Shown: positions 19,029-29,446, counted from the first letter of the stretch. The stretch: DNA of 64,000 nt from an uncultured Alphaproteobacteria bacterium (GCA_902578675.1 CACHDV010000001.1:24065-88064); one strand, 5' to 3'. Notes: generated by a model from the sequence alone, not told the origin. A program made the numbers and translations.

Positions 19029-20048
19029 CTAATTCAAGAGGTGACGCTTAACAACTGTCTCCGCAATCTGAACCGCGTTTAGAGCTGCACCCTTTCTTAA
19101 GTTATCCGAAACGCACCAAAAAACTAAGCCATTCTTTACTGTAGGGTCTTTTCTTAGTCTGCTAACGTAAACAGCATCTTCACCAGCGCACTCTTGCTGC
19201 GTTACATATCCTCCACTTTCCCGATGATCTACCACCACAACACCGGGAAAATTATTCAGACTTTCACGCGCTTCACCTTCATCGATTTGCTTTGTAGTTT
19301 CTATGAATACGGCTTCAGCATGTCCAATAAAAACTGGCACCCGAACACAGTGAGCAACCACCTCTATATTTGGATCAAGAATTTTTTTGGTCTCAGCAAC
19401 CATTTTCCACTCTTCTTTTGTAAATCCATCATCCATAAAAATATCTATATGAGGAATACAGTTAAAAGCTATTTGTTTACTAAACTCCTTGTTTTCCACA
19501 GGATCGTTAACATAAACCGCTCTGGTCTGATTAAACAGCTCGTCCATCCCTGAGTTTCCCGCACCAGAAACCGATTGATAAGTAGAAACAACAACTCGTT
19601 TTATTTTGTAAAGGTCATGAAGTGGCTTCAATGCCATCACCAACTGAGCGGTGGAGCAATTTGGATTTGCTATAATGTTTCTTTTTTTAAACGAAGCAAT
19701 ATCCGAGCTATTAACCTCCGGAACTATGAGCGGTATGTCAGGTTCCATTCTCCATTTTGAGCTATTATCTATAACAACTGCCCCCTGGGAAGCAACCTTT
19801 GGACCAAATTCACTTGAAATGGATCCTCCCGCGGAAAATAAGGCTATGTCTATACCTGAAAAATCGTAAGCATCAAGCCCCTGCACTTTTAGGCTTCTAT
19901 CATCGCCATAGGAGACCTCCTTGCCGATAGATTTACTCGAGGCTAGTGCAACAACTTCATCAGAAGGGAAATCACGCTCTTCAAGCGTTTGTAACATCTC
20001 CCTTCCTACAGCGCCTGTTGCGCCCACAACTGCAACTTTAATACCCAT
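19029..20048 (-). CDS. asd: Aspartate-semialdehyde dehydrogenase
   Basis: MGIKVAVVGATGAVG N-terminus and active-site IANPNCSTAQ. The longest ORF extends to 20075, and ATG 20048 was chosen. Confidence 0.95.
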   Translation of the reverse strand: MGIKVAVVGATGAVGREMLQTLEERDFPSDEVVALASSKSIGKEVSYGDDRSLKVQGLDAYDFSGIDIALFSAGGSISSEFGPKVASQGAVVIDNSSKWRMEPDIPLIVPEVNSSDIASFKKRNIIANPNCSTAQLVMALKPLHDLYKIKRVVVSTYQSVSGAGNSGMDELFNQTRAVYVNDPVENKEFSKQIAFNCIPHIDIFMDDGFTKEEWKMVAETKKILDPNIEVVAHCVRVPVFIGHAEAVFIETTKQIDEGEARESLNNFPGVVVVDHRESGGYVTQQECAGEDAVYVSRLRKDPTVKNGLVFWCVSDNLRKGAALNAVQIAETVVKRHLLN

Positions 20049-20131
20049 TGCTATCTCCAAACAACTTCCACACAATCTTTAGTCAAAATATTTTTCTAGA
20101 AATAATTGTCGGAACTGTTCTCACGGTACGC

Positions 20132-21244
20132 TTATACTGAGCGATCTAATTTGCTAACTATGTTGTCCATCATTACGCTTGTGGATACTAACGTCATACC
20201 CTCTTGCATGATATCTGGAGTTCGTATGCCTTCGGCCAGAACTGCCTGGATCGACTTCTCAATAAGGTCCGCATCTTCAGGCATGTCGAAAGAATAACGA
20301 AGCGACATTGAAAAACTAAGGAGTTCCGCTATTGGATTTGCCATTTCCTTTCCTGCAATATCGGGAGCAGAACCATGAACTGGCTCGTACAACGCATATC
20401 TTTTTTGGGTCGTATCATCAACTGCTCCCAAAGAAGCAGACGGCAACATACCGAGCGAACCCGTTAGCATAGCCGCGCAGTCCGATAGCATATCGCCAAA
20501 TAGGTTATCCGTTACGATAACATCAAATTGTTTCGGATTCCTTACCAACTGCATTCCACAGTTATCTGCATACATATGCTCTGTTTCAAGACCGTGGGCT
20601 TCGTTTTCAAATAACTTGGTCATAACATCGCGCCAAAGCACGCCCGACATCATGACGTTGGCCTTCTCAACAGATGTAACTTTATTGCGCCTTTTACGCG
20701 CTAGATCCATTGCAACTCGGCCTATTCTCTCTATTTCTGGCGTCGTGTATAAGTTTGTGTCGAATCCTTTCTTTGTTCCATCCGATAAATCTTCAATACC
20801 TCTCGGTTCTGCAAAGTAAATCCCGCCTGTTAATTCCCTGAGAATGAGAATATCTAATCCCTCGATAACTTCCTTTTTTAATGTTGATGAGTCGACCATT
20901 GCATCAAAAACCATAGCCGGCCTCAAGTTAGCAAAAAGATCCATTTCTTTTCTAAGTCGAAGCAAGCCACGCTCAGGCTTTAGCTCGAAGGGTAAATCAT
21001 CATATTGAGGTCCACCTACCGATCCAAAGAGTATCGCATCAGCTGCCAAAGCGTCTGAAAGCGTCTCGTCAGTTAATGGAGTACCATGTGAATCATAGGC
21101 AGCACCTCCTACCAAACCCTCCTGCAGATCGAACGACACAGACCGTTTTGCTGCCAGCCAATCCACGACCCTTAAGACTTGGGAGACCACCTCGGGACCA
21201 ATTCCGTCGCCGGGGAGGACTAATAACTTCCTATTTGATGCCAA
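20132..21244 (-). CDS. leuB: 3-isopropylmalate dehydrogenase
   Basis: 370 aa with [18 protein letters not shown] and GSAPDIAGK motifs. Confidence 0.96.
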   Translation of the reverse strand: MASNRKLLVLPGDGIGPEVVSQVLRVVDWLAAKRSVSFDLQEGLVGGAAYDSHGTPLTDETLSDALAADAILFGSVGGPQYDDLPFELKPERGLLRLRKEMDLFANLRPAMVFDAMVDSSTLKKEVIEGLDILILRELTGGIYFAEPRGIEDLSDGTKKGFDTNLYTTPEIERIGRVAMDLARKRRNKVTSVEKANVMMSGVLWRDVMTKLFENEAHGLETEHMYADNCGMQLVRNPKQFDVIVTDNLFGDMLSDCAAMLTGSLGMLPSASLGAVDDTTQKRYALYEPVHGSAPDIAGKEMANPIAELLSFSMSLRYSFDMPEDADLIEKSIQAVLAEGIRTPDIMQEGMTLVSTSVMMDNIVSKLDRSV

Positions 21245-21299
21245 CTTTCCATCCCTTTTCTAATATTACTGACTGAAGCCAAAGCTATCTAAGGTTTAT

Positions 21300-21905
21300 T
21301 TAGACCCACGGTTGTTCAGCAGCTCTTCTCTTTTCAAAGTTATCTATATTTTCTTCTTTCTCCATTGTCAGTCCGATATCATCCAAGCCATTGATTAAAC
21401 AATGTTTTCGGAACTCATCAATTTCAAAAGTCACTTTCTCTCCACTTGGTCGGATGATCTCTTGTGCTTCCAAGTCTACATCGAGAACTGCGTTCGCACC
21501 ATTTTCGGCGTCATCCATTAATTGATCCAATTGTTGTTTATTAACAACGATTGGCAGAATACCGTTCTTGAAACAGTTATTATAAAAAATATCTGCAAAG
21601 CTTGTGGAAATAACGCACTTTATCCCAAAGTCTAAAAGGGCCCAGGGCGCGTGTTCACGGGACGATCCGCATCCAAAATTATCTCCTGCTACAATAATAC
21701 TCGCCTCTCGATAAGCAGACTTATTTAACACGAAGTCCTGTTTTTCTGATCCGTCTTCGTTAAAGCGCATTTCATTAAATAGATGCTTGCCCAATCCTGT
21801 ACGTTTAATCGTTTTCAAAAATTGTTTCGGGATCAATTTATCAGTATCTATGTTGATCATATTAAGAGGCGCTGCCACGCCCCTTAATTTAGTAAACTTA
21901 TCCAT
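21300..21905 (-). CDS. leuD: 3-isopropylmalate dehydratase small subunit
   Basis: 201 aa with the [17 protein letters not shown] motif. Confidence 0.95.
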   Translation of the reverse strand: MDKFTKLRGVAAPLNMINIDTDKLIPKQFLKTIKRTGLGKHLFNEMRFNEDGSEKQDFVLNKSAYREASIIVAGDNFGCGSSREHAPWALLDFGIKCVISTSFADIFYNNCFKNGILPIVVNKQQLDQLMDDAENGANAVLDVDLEAQEIIRPSGEKVTFEIDEFRKHCLINGLDDIGLTMEKEENIDNFEKRRAAEQPWV

Positions 21906-21933
21906 ATCTTATCCAACTCTTGCCGTTATTTTC

Positions 21934-23340
21934 CTAGAGGTCTCTCACATCTGTTAGAGAACCCGCGATCGCTGCTGCCGCTGCCATTGCTGGGCTGACT
22001 AAATGGGTTCGACTACCAAAACCTTGTCGACCCTCAAAATTACGATTGGACGTTGAAGCACATCTTTGACCCGGCTCCAGTTTGTCGGCATTCATCGCAA
22101 GACACATAGAGCACCCAGGCTCTTGGCGCCAATCAAACCCAGCTTCTTCGAAGATAGTCCCTAATCCTTCTTGTTCAGCCTGTTCTCTGACCAAACCAGA
22201 GCCCGCAACGATCATTGCATGAACACCACTTGCTACTTTTCGCCCTTTCGCAATTTCTGCAACTGCTCTAAGATCTTCAATACGTCCGTTAGTGCATGAT
22301 CCAATGAAGACTTTATCAATTTTGACATCCGATATTAATCCCCCAGCCTCGAGGCCCATATAGTCGATAGACCGCTGCAACTTTGCCCGCCGGATTGGGT
22401 CCTCTATTTCAGCTGGTTCTGGAATACGACCGGTTATCGGAACCACTTCCTCAGGGTTGGTTCCCCAGGTCACCTGCGGGACAATTTCAGCCGCTTTTAA
22501 AACAATCTCTTTGTCGTATTTAGCTCCAGGATCAGATGGTAATGTTTTCCAATATGCTACTGCTTGTTCGAATGAGCCTGCTTTTGGCGACATAGGTTTT
22601 CCCTTGAGATATCCAAAGGTTACGTCGTCTGGAGCGATCATTCCAGCTCTAGCGCCGGCTTCTATTGCCATATTACATACTGTCATGCGGGATTCCATCG
22701 ATAATGATGTTACCGCCTCCCCAGCGAACTCGATTACGTGCCCAGTGCCTCCAGCAGTGCCAATTTTTCCAATTATAGCCAGAATGACGTCTTTTGCGGT
22801 AACACCAAGTGGCAACTCTCCCTCTACTGTAACACGCATGTTTTTTGCTGGTTTTTGGAGCAGGGTTTGAGTAGCCAATACGTGTTCCACTTCCGACGTT
22901 CCTATCCCAAAAGCAAGGGCACCAAAAGCTCCGTGAGTTGCAGTGTGACTATCTCCACAAACAATGGTCATCCCAGGCAAAGTAAAGCCCTGTTCTGGTC
23001 CAATAATATGGACAATACCTCTCCTAGCGTCTGTTAAACCAATATATGGGACCCCAAATTCTTTTACATTACTTTCTAGGGTTTCGACTTGTATTCTCGA
23101 CTCTTCTTCAGCAATACCTTCAGAGATATCCGTCGTAGGCGTATTATGATCCGCAACAGCTAAGGTCAAGTCAGGTCGCCTAACTTTCCTACCCGCATTT
23201 CGCAAGCCCTCAAATGCCTGGGGACTTGTTACCTCATGAACAAGATGTCTATCAATATAGATTAGACAGGTGCCGTCCTCTTGGGTATCTACCAGGTGAT
23301 TTTTCCAAATTTTATCAAATAGCGTTTGCGGGTTAGCCAT
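21934..23340 (-). CDS. leuC: 3-isopropylmalate dehydratase large subunit
   Basis: Aconitase-family motifs VCGDSHT, GSCTNGR and [12 protein letters not shown] 23340 is preceded by aaagggga. The longest ORF starts at TTG 23346. Confidence 0.96.
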   Translation of the reverse strand: MANPQTLFDKIWKNHLVDTQEDGTCLIYIDRHLVHEVTSPQAFEGLRNAGRKVRRPDLTLAVADHNTPTTDISEGIAEEESRIQVETLESNVKEFGVPYIGLTDARRGIVHIIGPEQGFTLPGMTIVCGDSHTATHGAFGALAFGIGTSEVEHVLATQTLLQKPAKNMRVTVEGELPLGVTAKDVILAIIGKIGTAGGTGHVIEFAGEAVTSLSMESRMTVCNMAIEAGARAGMIAPDDVTFGYLKGKPMSPKAGSFEQAVAYWKTLPSDPGAKYDKEIVLKAAEIVPQVTWGTNPEEVVPITGRIPEPAEIEDPIRRAKLQRSIDYMGLEAGGLISDVKIDKVFIGSCTNGRIEDLRAVAEIAKGRKVASGVHAMIVAGSGLVREQAEQEGLGTIFEEAGFDWRQEPGCSMCLAMNADKLEPGQRCASTSNRNFEGRQGFGSRTHLVSPAMAAAAAIAGSLTDVRDL

Positions 23341-23487
23341 CTTCAATTTCCCCTTTAATCAACTAAAGCCGGATAGTTAAGGTCGAGATAGAATAAGATG
23401 TTTCCAAGCACGACCAAGTACCAGTCTGTCCGGCAAAACGTAATCTGCTAAGCGAAGCCCTTTATTTTGCAACTTTTTAAAATAAAT

Positions 23488-23877
23488 TTAATCAGCGCTT
23501 GCTTTCTTGCTTGACCGATCGATTTTCTCAGCAATCCTGGCCGATTTGCCCCTACGATCCCTAAGATAATATAGTTTAGCTCGGCGAACCTTTCCTCTTC
23601 GCACCACCTCTATTTTATCTATCCTAGGCGAGTACAAAGGAAATATCCGCTCAACCCCCTCTCCATAGGAAATTTTACGGACGGTGAAGTTTGAATTTAT
23701 TGAATTCGCTTTTCTTGCAATACAAACGCCTTCAAAAACCTGAACTCTCTCACGGGTTCCCTCCACAACCTTAACGTGCACCTTCAACGTGTCACCTGGT
23801 GCAAATTCTGGGATGGGGCGCTCTTGAGAGATCCTCTCCATTTCTCCTTTATTTATTTCTTCAACTATATTCATCAA
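23488..23877 (-). CDS. rplS: 50S ribosomal protein L19
   Basis: 129 aa with [24 protein letters not shown] typical of L19. Confidence 0.96.
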   Translation of the reverse strand: MMNIVEEINKGEMERISQERPIPEFAPGDTLKVHVKVVEGTRERVQVFEGVCIARKANSINSNFTVRKISYGEGVERIFPLYSPRIDKIEVVRRGKVRRAKLYYLRDRRGKSARIAEKIDRSSKKASAD

Positions 23878-23916
23878 TTCTACTCCATATCTAACCTATT
23901 AATTTTTTATCACTAC

Positions 23917-24651
23917 CTAAAGTTGAACTTTAACACCTTCATAAGCTTCCCAGAGGTCCGGACGATAATTGCGTGTAACCAATTCCGATTGCTGTTTTTT
24001 CCATTCCGCTATCTTTTTGTGGTTACCCGACAGAAGAACTTCTGGCACCGAACGTCCTTTCCAGATTTTTGGGTGCGTATACTGCGGATACTCTAAAAGG
24101 CCATCTTCAAAACTTTCTTCATCTAGTCCCTGCTCTGAACCTATTACTCCTGGTAACAGTCTCACTGTCGCATCTAGCAAAGCTTGGGCTGCTATTTCAC
24201 CACCCGTAAGCACAAAATCTCCTAAACTGACCTCTTCCATTTCTCGGGCCTCTATAACGCGCTGATCAATACCTTCATAACGGCCGCAAACTAGCACAAC
24301 TCCTGGCTCGTGTGCTAGTTCTTTGGCAAAAGCTTGATCAAATCGTCGCCCACGCGGTGAGAGGCAAATACGCCGCCCCGGAACATCCGAGATCGCCTCC
24401 AAAGTTCTATCTAATACGTCAGGCCTTAATACCATGCCCGGACCTCCACCATACGGAGAACTGTCCACTGTCTTGTGCCTGTCAACCGCGAAGTCCCTAA
24501 TATCCAATGTTTTCAGCGCCCAAATGCCACGGTCTAATGCCTTTCCACAGATAGACATTCCCAACGTACCCGGAAAACTTCGTGGGAATAACGTGACTAC
24601 TCCTGCAGTCCAAACTTGTCGTGGCTTCTTCGAAAACATTATTTTTATCAA
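23917..24651 (-). CDS. trmD: tRNA (guanine37-N1)-methyltransferase
   Basis: 244 aa with PYGGGPGMV and CGRYEGIDQRV motifs. Confidence 0.95.
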   Translation of the reverse strand: MIKIMFSKKPRQVWTAGVVTLFPRSFPGTLGMSICGKALDRGIWALKTLDIRDFAVDRHKTVDSSPYGGGPGMVLRPDVLDRTLEAISDVPGRRICLSPRGRRFDQAFAKELAHEPGVVLVCGRYEGIDQRVIEAREMEEVSLGDFVLTGGEIAAQALLDATVRLLPGVIGSEQGLDEESFEDGLLEYPQYTHPKIWKGRSVPEVLLSGNHKKIAEWKKQQSELVTRNYRPDLWEAYEGVKVQL

Positions 24652-24664
24652 TCTGCCTTTTTTT

Positions 24665-25189
24665 CTAATCTAGCAAGCCTGATGGAATTTCAACGATCAT
24701 TTTCTGTTTAAGAAAGTCAATATCTGTAACTGTGTTGTTGTTAAACGGTATTAATACTGTTTTTTCCGTTTCACCTATCGCGACCTCTACTATATCGCCG
24801 GCCCCAAAGTTATGCATAGCTTTAACTACTCCCATTTTTTTGCCATCAGGTTCGTAAACGTTAAGGCCTAAGAGGTCGGCGTGATAATATTCTCCATCAT
24901 CAGTGTTAGGCAGCAACTTTCTCTTAATAAATAATTCTGTGCCTTTTAATACTTCTGCTTGGTTCCTCGTAGTCATACCTTTTATAGAGGCAATTAAAAA
25001 TCCTTTTGATTGTCCGTCTAATCGAAGATCGAAACTCTGTCCGTTCTTGTCATGCAAGGTTCCATAATCTGCAATACTCTCCGGTATTTCCGTAAAACTC
25101 TTAACCCGCACGGCTCCTTTTATTCCATGTGGCCCTATGATGACGCCTAAACAGAGTTCTTCAGACACAAGGACATCCACCCTCTCCAA
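24665..25189 (-). CDS. rimM: 16S rRNA processing protein RimM
   Basis: 174 aa with GPHGIKGAVRVKSFT (RimM N-domain) plus a PRC-barrel C-terminus. Conserved rpsP-rimM-trmD-rplS order. Confidence 0.9.
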   Translation of the reverse strand: MERVDVLVSEELCLGVIIGPHGIKGAVRVKSFTEIPESIADYGTLHDKNGQSFDLRLDGQSKGFLIASIKGMTTRNQAEVLKGTELFIKRKLLPNTDDGEYYHADLLGLNVYEPDGKKMGVVKAMHNFGAGDIVEVAIGETEKTVLIPFNNNTVTDIDFLKQKMIVEIPSGLLD

Positions 25190-25199
25190 ATTTCTGTGC

Positions 25200-25667
25200 T
25201 TATTTTTCCTCTTCTTCTGCTGGAGCTGCTTCTGCTGGAGCTTCTTCTGCTGGAGCTTCGTCTGCTGGAGCTTCCTCTTCTGCCGCTGCTTCTGCTTTAG
25301 CTTCCTCTGCTGCCGCTTCCTTCGCCGCCTCTTCAGCTGCCTTTTGTTCTGCTTCTCGCTCTAGGCGCTTTTTACCGGGCGCTGACTTTATTGGTTGCTC
25401 GTTGTAAGTAAACGCTGGCATCAGATTAAGATTAGCTAAAAATTTGTGTACTCTATCCGTGGGCCGCGCACCCACCGAAAGCCAATACTTTACTCGATCC
25501 TCTTGAATGGTAAGTCTATTCGGATGATCTTTACCTACCATTGGATTATAGGTGCCAATTTTTTCTATGAAACTACCATCTCTAGGTGCAGTGTTCTCCG
25601 CTATAACAACTCTGTAGAAAGGTCTTTTTTTAGTTCCGCCTCTAGCTAGTCTAATCTTCAAAGCCAT
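25200..25667 (-). CDS. rpsP: 30S ribosomal protein S16 with Ala/Glu/Pro-rich C-terminal extension
   Basis: N-terminal MALKIRLARGGTKKRPFYRVV. The C-terminal ~60 aa are low complexity (AEEAPAEEAPAE...). Confidence 0.95.
   Translation of the reverse strand: MALKIRLARGGTKKRPFYRVVIAENTAPRDGSFIEKIGTYNPMVGKDHPNRLTIQEDRVKYWLSVGARPTDRVHKFLANLNLMPAFTYNEQPIKSAPGKKRLEREAEQKAAEEAAKEAAAEEAKAEAAAEEEAPADEAPAEEAPAEAAPAEEEEK
25215..25319. repeat. 15-bp tandem repeat (4 near-perfect + 3 degenerate units) inside the rpsP 3' end
   Basis: Plus-strand units are ttctgctggagctgc, ttctgctggagcttc, ttctgctggagcttc and gtctgctggagcttc, followed by degenerate copies. They encode the (A/E)PAEE-type tail. Confidence 0.85.
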
Positions 25668-25704
25668 AGTAATTTGTGTCCTTCTTAATTATTGAATTTT
25701 AAAA

Positions 25705-27165
25705 TTAACGTTTTGTTGGGAATTTTGGTAACCCAGGGAGGCCTGGAAAATTTTGTCCTGGCTGGTTAATTAGTCCTTCAGGTATCTTTAGGTTTGATCC
25801 TTGCCCCAAGTCAGGTTGCATCGGGTCTCCGCCTCCAAACAAGCTGCCAAGACCCTTTAGCCCTCCCATTTTTCCGACTTTTTTCATCATACGGGACATT
25901 TCCATCTGCTGTTTTAAAAGCCTGTTTATTTCTTGTGCCGTGGTGCCAGACCCCGACGCAACTCGCCTTTTCCTCGAAGCATTAAGCAATTTTGGTGATT
26001 TTCGCTCCTGTGCCGTCATCGATTGTATAATGGCAACTTGTCGGGTTATTGATTTATCATCAACACCCGCACTAGCCATCTGTTTTTGCAACTTACCGAC
26101 ACCCGGAAGCATAGCTAATACGCCCCCTAGTCCGCCCATTTTTGACACTTGTTGTAATTGTTTTAGCATGTCATTGAAATCGAACTGCCCTTTTTGCATT
26201 TTTAAAGCAATTTTTTCCGCTTCTTCGACTTCAATTGTTTCGGCAGCTTTTTCTACTAAACTTACAACATCTCCCATGCCGAGAATACGGCCCGCGACAC
26301 GTTCTGGGTGAAAATCTTCCAAGTTTTCTAATTTTTCACCGGTACCAACAGCCTTAATTGGCACGCCTGTAACAGACCTCATCGACAGGGCTGCCCCGCC
26401 CCGGGAATCACCATCCATCCGTGTCAAAACAATTCCCGTAACACCAACGTTTTGATGAAAGTTTTTAGCCGTAGTCACCGCATCCTGGCCCGTGAGCGCA
26501 TCCGCCACCAATATTTTTTCAGCAGGGTTAGTGATTTCACTAATTTGCTTGATTTCGTCCATCAATCCCTGATCAATTGTCACTCTTCCTGCAGTGTCAA
26601 GAATAACCACGTCGTATCCTTGAAGTCGAGAAGCGGTCATTGCCCTTTTTGCAATTGAAACAGCGGTTTCTCCTTCAGCCATTGGGAGAGTTGAAACGTT
26701 GATTTGCTCACCTAGCACCCTAAGTTGCTCCCGAGCAGCGGGCCTCGTAACATCTAGGGACGCCATCATAACTTTTTTCTTATCTCGCCGTGTTAAACGG
26801 GATGCTATTTTCGCCGCGGTAGTGGTCTTACCGCTTCCTTGAAGACCAATCATTAGTATCGGCACTGGTGGAACAGCATTCAGCTCTATCCACGCCGGTT
26901 CTTTCCCTAGCATCTCAATCAAATTATCATTAACAATTTTGATGACCTGCTGCCCAGGTGTTACCGATTTCGTAACCTCTTGACCGACTGCTCGTTCCCT
27001 AACGCCTTCTATAAATGATTTTACAACTTCAACTGCGACGTCTGCTTCAAGCAAAGCTATCCTTACCTCGCGCATTGCCGCGTTAACATCACTCTCACTA
27101 AGAGAACCTTTTCCCTTCAAGCGATCAAAAACACTGCCTAATCTGTCGGATAACGCGTCGAACAA
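25705..27165 (-). CDS. ffh: Signal recognition particle protein Ffh
   Basis: 486 aa with GLQGSGKTTT and DTAGR motifs and a Met-rich M domain. TTG start preceded by agaggg. Confidence 0.96.
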   Translation of the reverse strand: MFDALSDRLGSVFDRLKGKGSLSESDVNAAMREVRIALLEADVAVEVVKSFIEGVRERAVGQEVTKSVTPGQQVIKIVNDNLIEMLGKEPAWIELNAVPPVPILMIGLQGSGKTTTAAKIASRLTRRDKKKVMMASLDVTRPAAREQLRVLGEQINVSTLPMAEGETAVSIAKRAMTASRLQGYDVVILDTAGRVTIDQGLMDEIKQISEITNPAEKILVADALTGQDAVTTAKNFHQNVGVTGIVLTRMDGDSRGGAALSMRSVTGVPIKAVGTGEKLENLEDFHPERVAGRILGMGDVVSLVEKAAETIEVEEAEKIALKMQKGQFDFNDMLKQLQQVSKMGGLGGVLAMLPGVGKLQKQMASAGVDDKSITRQVAIIQSMTAQERKSPKLLNASRKRRVASGSGTTAQEINRLLKQQMEMSRMMKKVGKMGGLKGLGSLFGGGDPMQPDLGQGSNLKIPEGLINQPGQNFPGLPGLPKFPTKR

Positions 27166-27378
27166 TTATGTGCCCTCTTGTCAAGTTAGACGATAGCAAT
27201 TCCACCAAGCACCTATGCGCCCGTGCTCGAAACTCGAGGACGGACGTTAGACCATTTAGGCCCTCAGCGATTAAACTGCCGAGAATTCGCAGAAACTAAT
27301 GAGAAATTAGAAAATAGTCAACTTATTCTCAATGACACCTCAGCTATTCCTTCACAACAATTCAGTCGTACACCATTT

Positions 27379-28464
27379 TTATTTTACAATTGGTTTCGCT
27401 ATAGAATCAAAATCATTGGGTGCCAGTCCATTTTCACAACCTAACTTCATCATTTCTTCCCAGGTATTTGTGTCGATTGGCACACCGTTCAATTTCCTTT
27501 CAGTCATGGTCTCTTGTTCTGGTTCGCCAGCAACTCTTATCTTATCAAAGCCTTCTGCTGGCTGACCGGATTTGACGAATTGAACCAAACTATCGAATTC
27601 GGCGCTAAAGGATCCACCAGAATTAAATTGCTCTGGATCTATGATTATTGTCAGCATATTATTTCTAATTGTTTCTCCTGTATTCAATTCTGGTCTAGCG
27701 GTTCCTCCACCGGCCAAACCACCCGCCAAAATGTCACACAAAAGTGCTAATCCGTAGCCTTTGTGCTCGCCAAACGACAAGAGGGCTCCCATAGGGTCTC
27801 TGAACATAACTCCAGGGTCAGTCGTGAGTTTTCCATTAGGGCCGACTAAAGCATCTGGCATTGGCATTTGTTTTTCAGCGTAATGGGCGACTCTGACTTT
27901 ACCCTGCGCAACGCGACTTGTAGCCATATCTAAAACCAACATAGGAGTATTTTCTGTTGCCGGTATAGCCGTACAGTATGGGTTAGTAGAGTATCTTGCC
28001 TCATATCCACCATATGGAGCTACGTAAGGCTTATGGCCTGTGGCGTTAACATAATGGATTGAAATAAAACCTGCACGAGCACACATTTCCCCCCAAGCAC
28101 CGATTCTACCAAGGTGATGAACATTTCTTAGTCCAACAATTGCCGCGCCAGTTTCTCTTACCTTTTGTATCCCAAGGTGCATCGCATCACGGCCTATAAT
28201 TTGCCCATACCCCATATTGCCTTCCAAAAGAAGATAAACACCATTATCCGTAATTTTGGTTACTTCCGCACCGGGAGTAAGCGTGCCCATTATCGCATGC
28301 CCCATATACCTAGGTGCAAGCCCAACACCGTGACTGTCGTGCCCCATAAGATTTGCCTCAACCAAATTATCTGCAACGACTTTTGCTTCGATCTCCTCAC
28401 TTCCAACCGCCTGAATCATTTTTTTAACAAGGTCTTCGAGATCCTTTTGTTCAACGACAATCAC
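27379..28464 (-). CDS. Ldh_2 family oxidoreductase (malate/L-lactate/sulfolactate/ureidoglycolate dehydrogenase-like)
   Basis: 361 aa with the HDSHGV motif and overall Ldh_2-family character. The substrate cannot be assigned from sequence alone. Confidence 0.85.
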   Translation of the reverse strand: MIVVEQKDLEDLVKKMIQAVGSEEIEAKVVADNLVEANLMGHDSHGVGLAPRYMGHAIMGTLTPGAEVTKITDNGVYLLLEGNMGYGQIIGRDAMHLGIQKVRETGAAIVGLRNVHHLGRIGAWGEMCARAGFISIHYVNATGHKPYVAPYGGYEARYSTNPYCTAIPATENTPMLVLDMATSRVAQGKVRVAHYAEKQMPMPDALVGPNGKLTTDPGVMFRDPMGALLSFGEHKGYGLALLCDILAGGLAGGGTARPELNTGETIRNNMLTIIIDPEQFNSGGSFSAEFDSLVQFVKSGQPAEGFDKIRVAGEPEQETMTERKLNGVPIDTNTWEEMMKLGCENGLAPNDFDSIAKPIVK

Positions 28465-28585
28465 TTGTTTTCTCCTCTTCTGATTTTCGTTTGGCTAGCT
28501 GCCTTTGATCGCTTAATCAACAAGCGTGGCATACTAACTTCACTTGTAGATTGGCTACCAGCAAAAAAAACTTTATAAGTTGGTT

Positions 28586-29401
28586 ATGAAAATCCCGTTT
28601 ACCAAAATGCATGGTCTGGGCAACGACTTTGTTGTTGTCGATAACCAATCATTAGAGTTTAGGCTAACTGAGCCTACCGTACAAAAAATAGCAGATCGGC
28701 GGCGGGGTATTGGTTTTGATCAGCTTTTGACTATTGAGCCTGCTCGCCGCAATGGCGACCTTTTTCTTGATATCAAAAATCCAGATGGCAGTAGCGCCGA
28801 AGCTTGCGGGAATGGAACGCGTTGCGTCGCATCACTGATAATGAGCAAAAGACAAGCCAACACACTCCGCATAGAAACTGTTGGTGGGCTGCTTATTTGT
28901 GAAAGAACTAGAACAGGAGATGTAACGGTCGACATGGGTGAACCGAGTACCGAATGGCATGAAATACCACTAGCTCGAGAAGCTAACACGAGAGACTTAG
29001 TTTTGGAAAATATGCCCCACCAGATATTCACATGTGTGAATATGGGAAATCCACACGCCGTTCTGTTCAGTGAGAATTGCGAGTTATTTGAATTAGAAAA
29101 AATTGGGCCAAAAATAGAGTGCCACGAAATGTTCCCTGATAAAATAAATGTCGAGGTTGCAACGGTAGAGAGTAAAAATAAAGTTAGAGTAAGAGTTTGG
29201 GAGAGAGGTGCTGGTCAAACCGCTGCCTGCGGATCTGGCGCCTGTGCAGTTTTAGTAGCGGCAGCATCGAGAGGCCTAACCAATCGAAAAGCTGATATAG
29301 TGCTGGACGGTGGAACACTTATAATTGAGTGGAAGGATAATAATAGAGTATCAATGACCGGGCCCACTGAAATTAGCTTTAATGGGCATTTTTCCCTTTA
29401 G
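28586..29401 (+). CDS. dapF: Diaminopimelate epimerase
   Basis: FTKMHGLGNDFVVVD, EACGNGTRC and AACGSGACA catalytic Cys motifs. The longest ORF opens at TTG 28580. Confidence 0.94.
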   Translation: MKIPFTKMHGLGNDFVVVDNQSLEFRLTEPTVQKIADRRRGIGFDQLLTIEPARRNGDLFLDIKNPDGSSAEACGNGTRCVASLIMSKRQANTLRIETVGGLLICERTRTGDVTVDMGEPSTEWHEIPLAREANTRDLVLENMPHQIFTCVNMGNPHAVLFSENCELFELEKIGPKIECHEMFPDKINVEVATVESKNKVRVRVWERGAGQTAACGSGACAVLVAAASRGLTNRKADIVLDGGTLIIEWKDNNRVSMTGPTEISFNGHFSL

Positions 29402-29426
29402 CCAAAAATCTCTGTTCAAATAAAAC

Positions 29427-29446
29427 AGTTGCTTTTAAAAGCAACT
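29427..29446. repeat. Perfect 20-bp palindrome AGTTGCTTTTAAAAGCAACT (hairpin/terminator or operator candidate)
   Basis: Verified base by base as its own reverse complement. Lies 25 nt after the dapF stop and upstream of mtaB. As RNA it would give an 8-bp stem with a UUAA loop and no clear U-tract. Confidence 0.6.

Noticed and set aside
25137-25364. 75-aa Cys/Trp/Phe-rich repetitive ORF (FCWSFFCWSF...).
   Set aside because: It is the antisense reading of the 15-bp tandem repeat in the rpsP tail. The sense frame continues a bona fide S16 protein.
27223-27444. 73-aa ORF in the ffh upstream spacer.
   Set aside because: It overlaps the 3' end of the Ldh_2 gene on the opposite strand, has no Shine-Dalgarno sequence and no recognisable family, so it is probably spurious.
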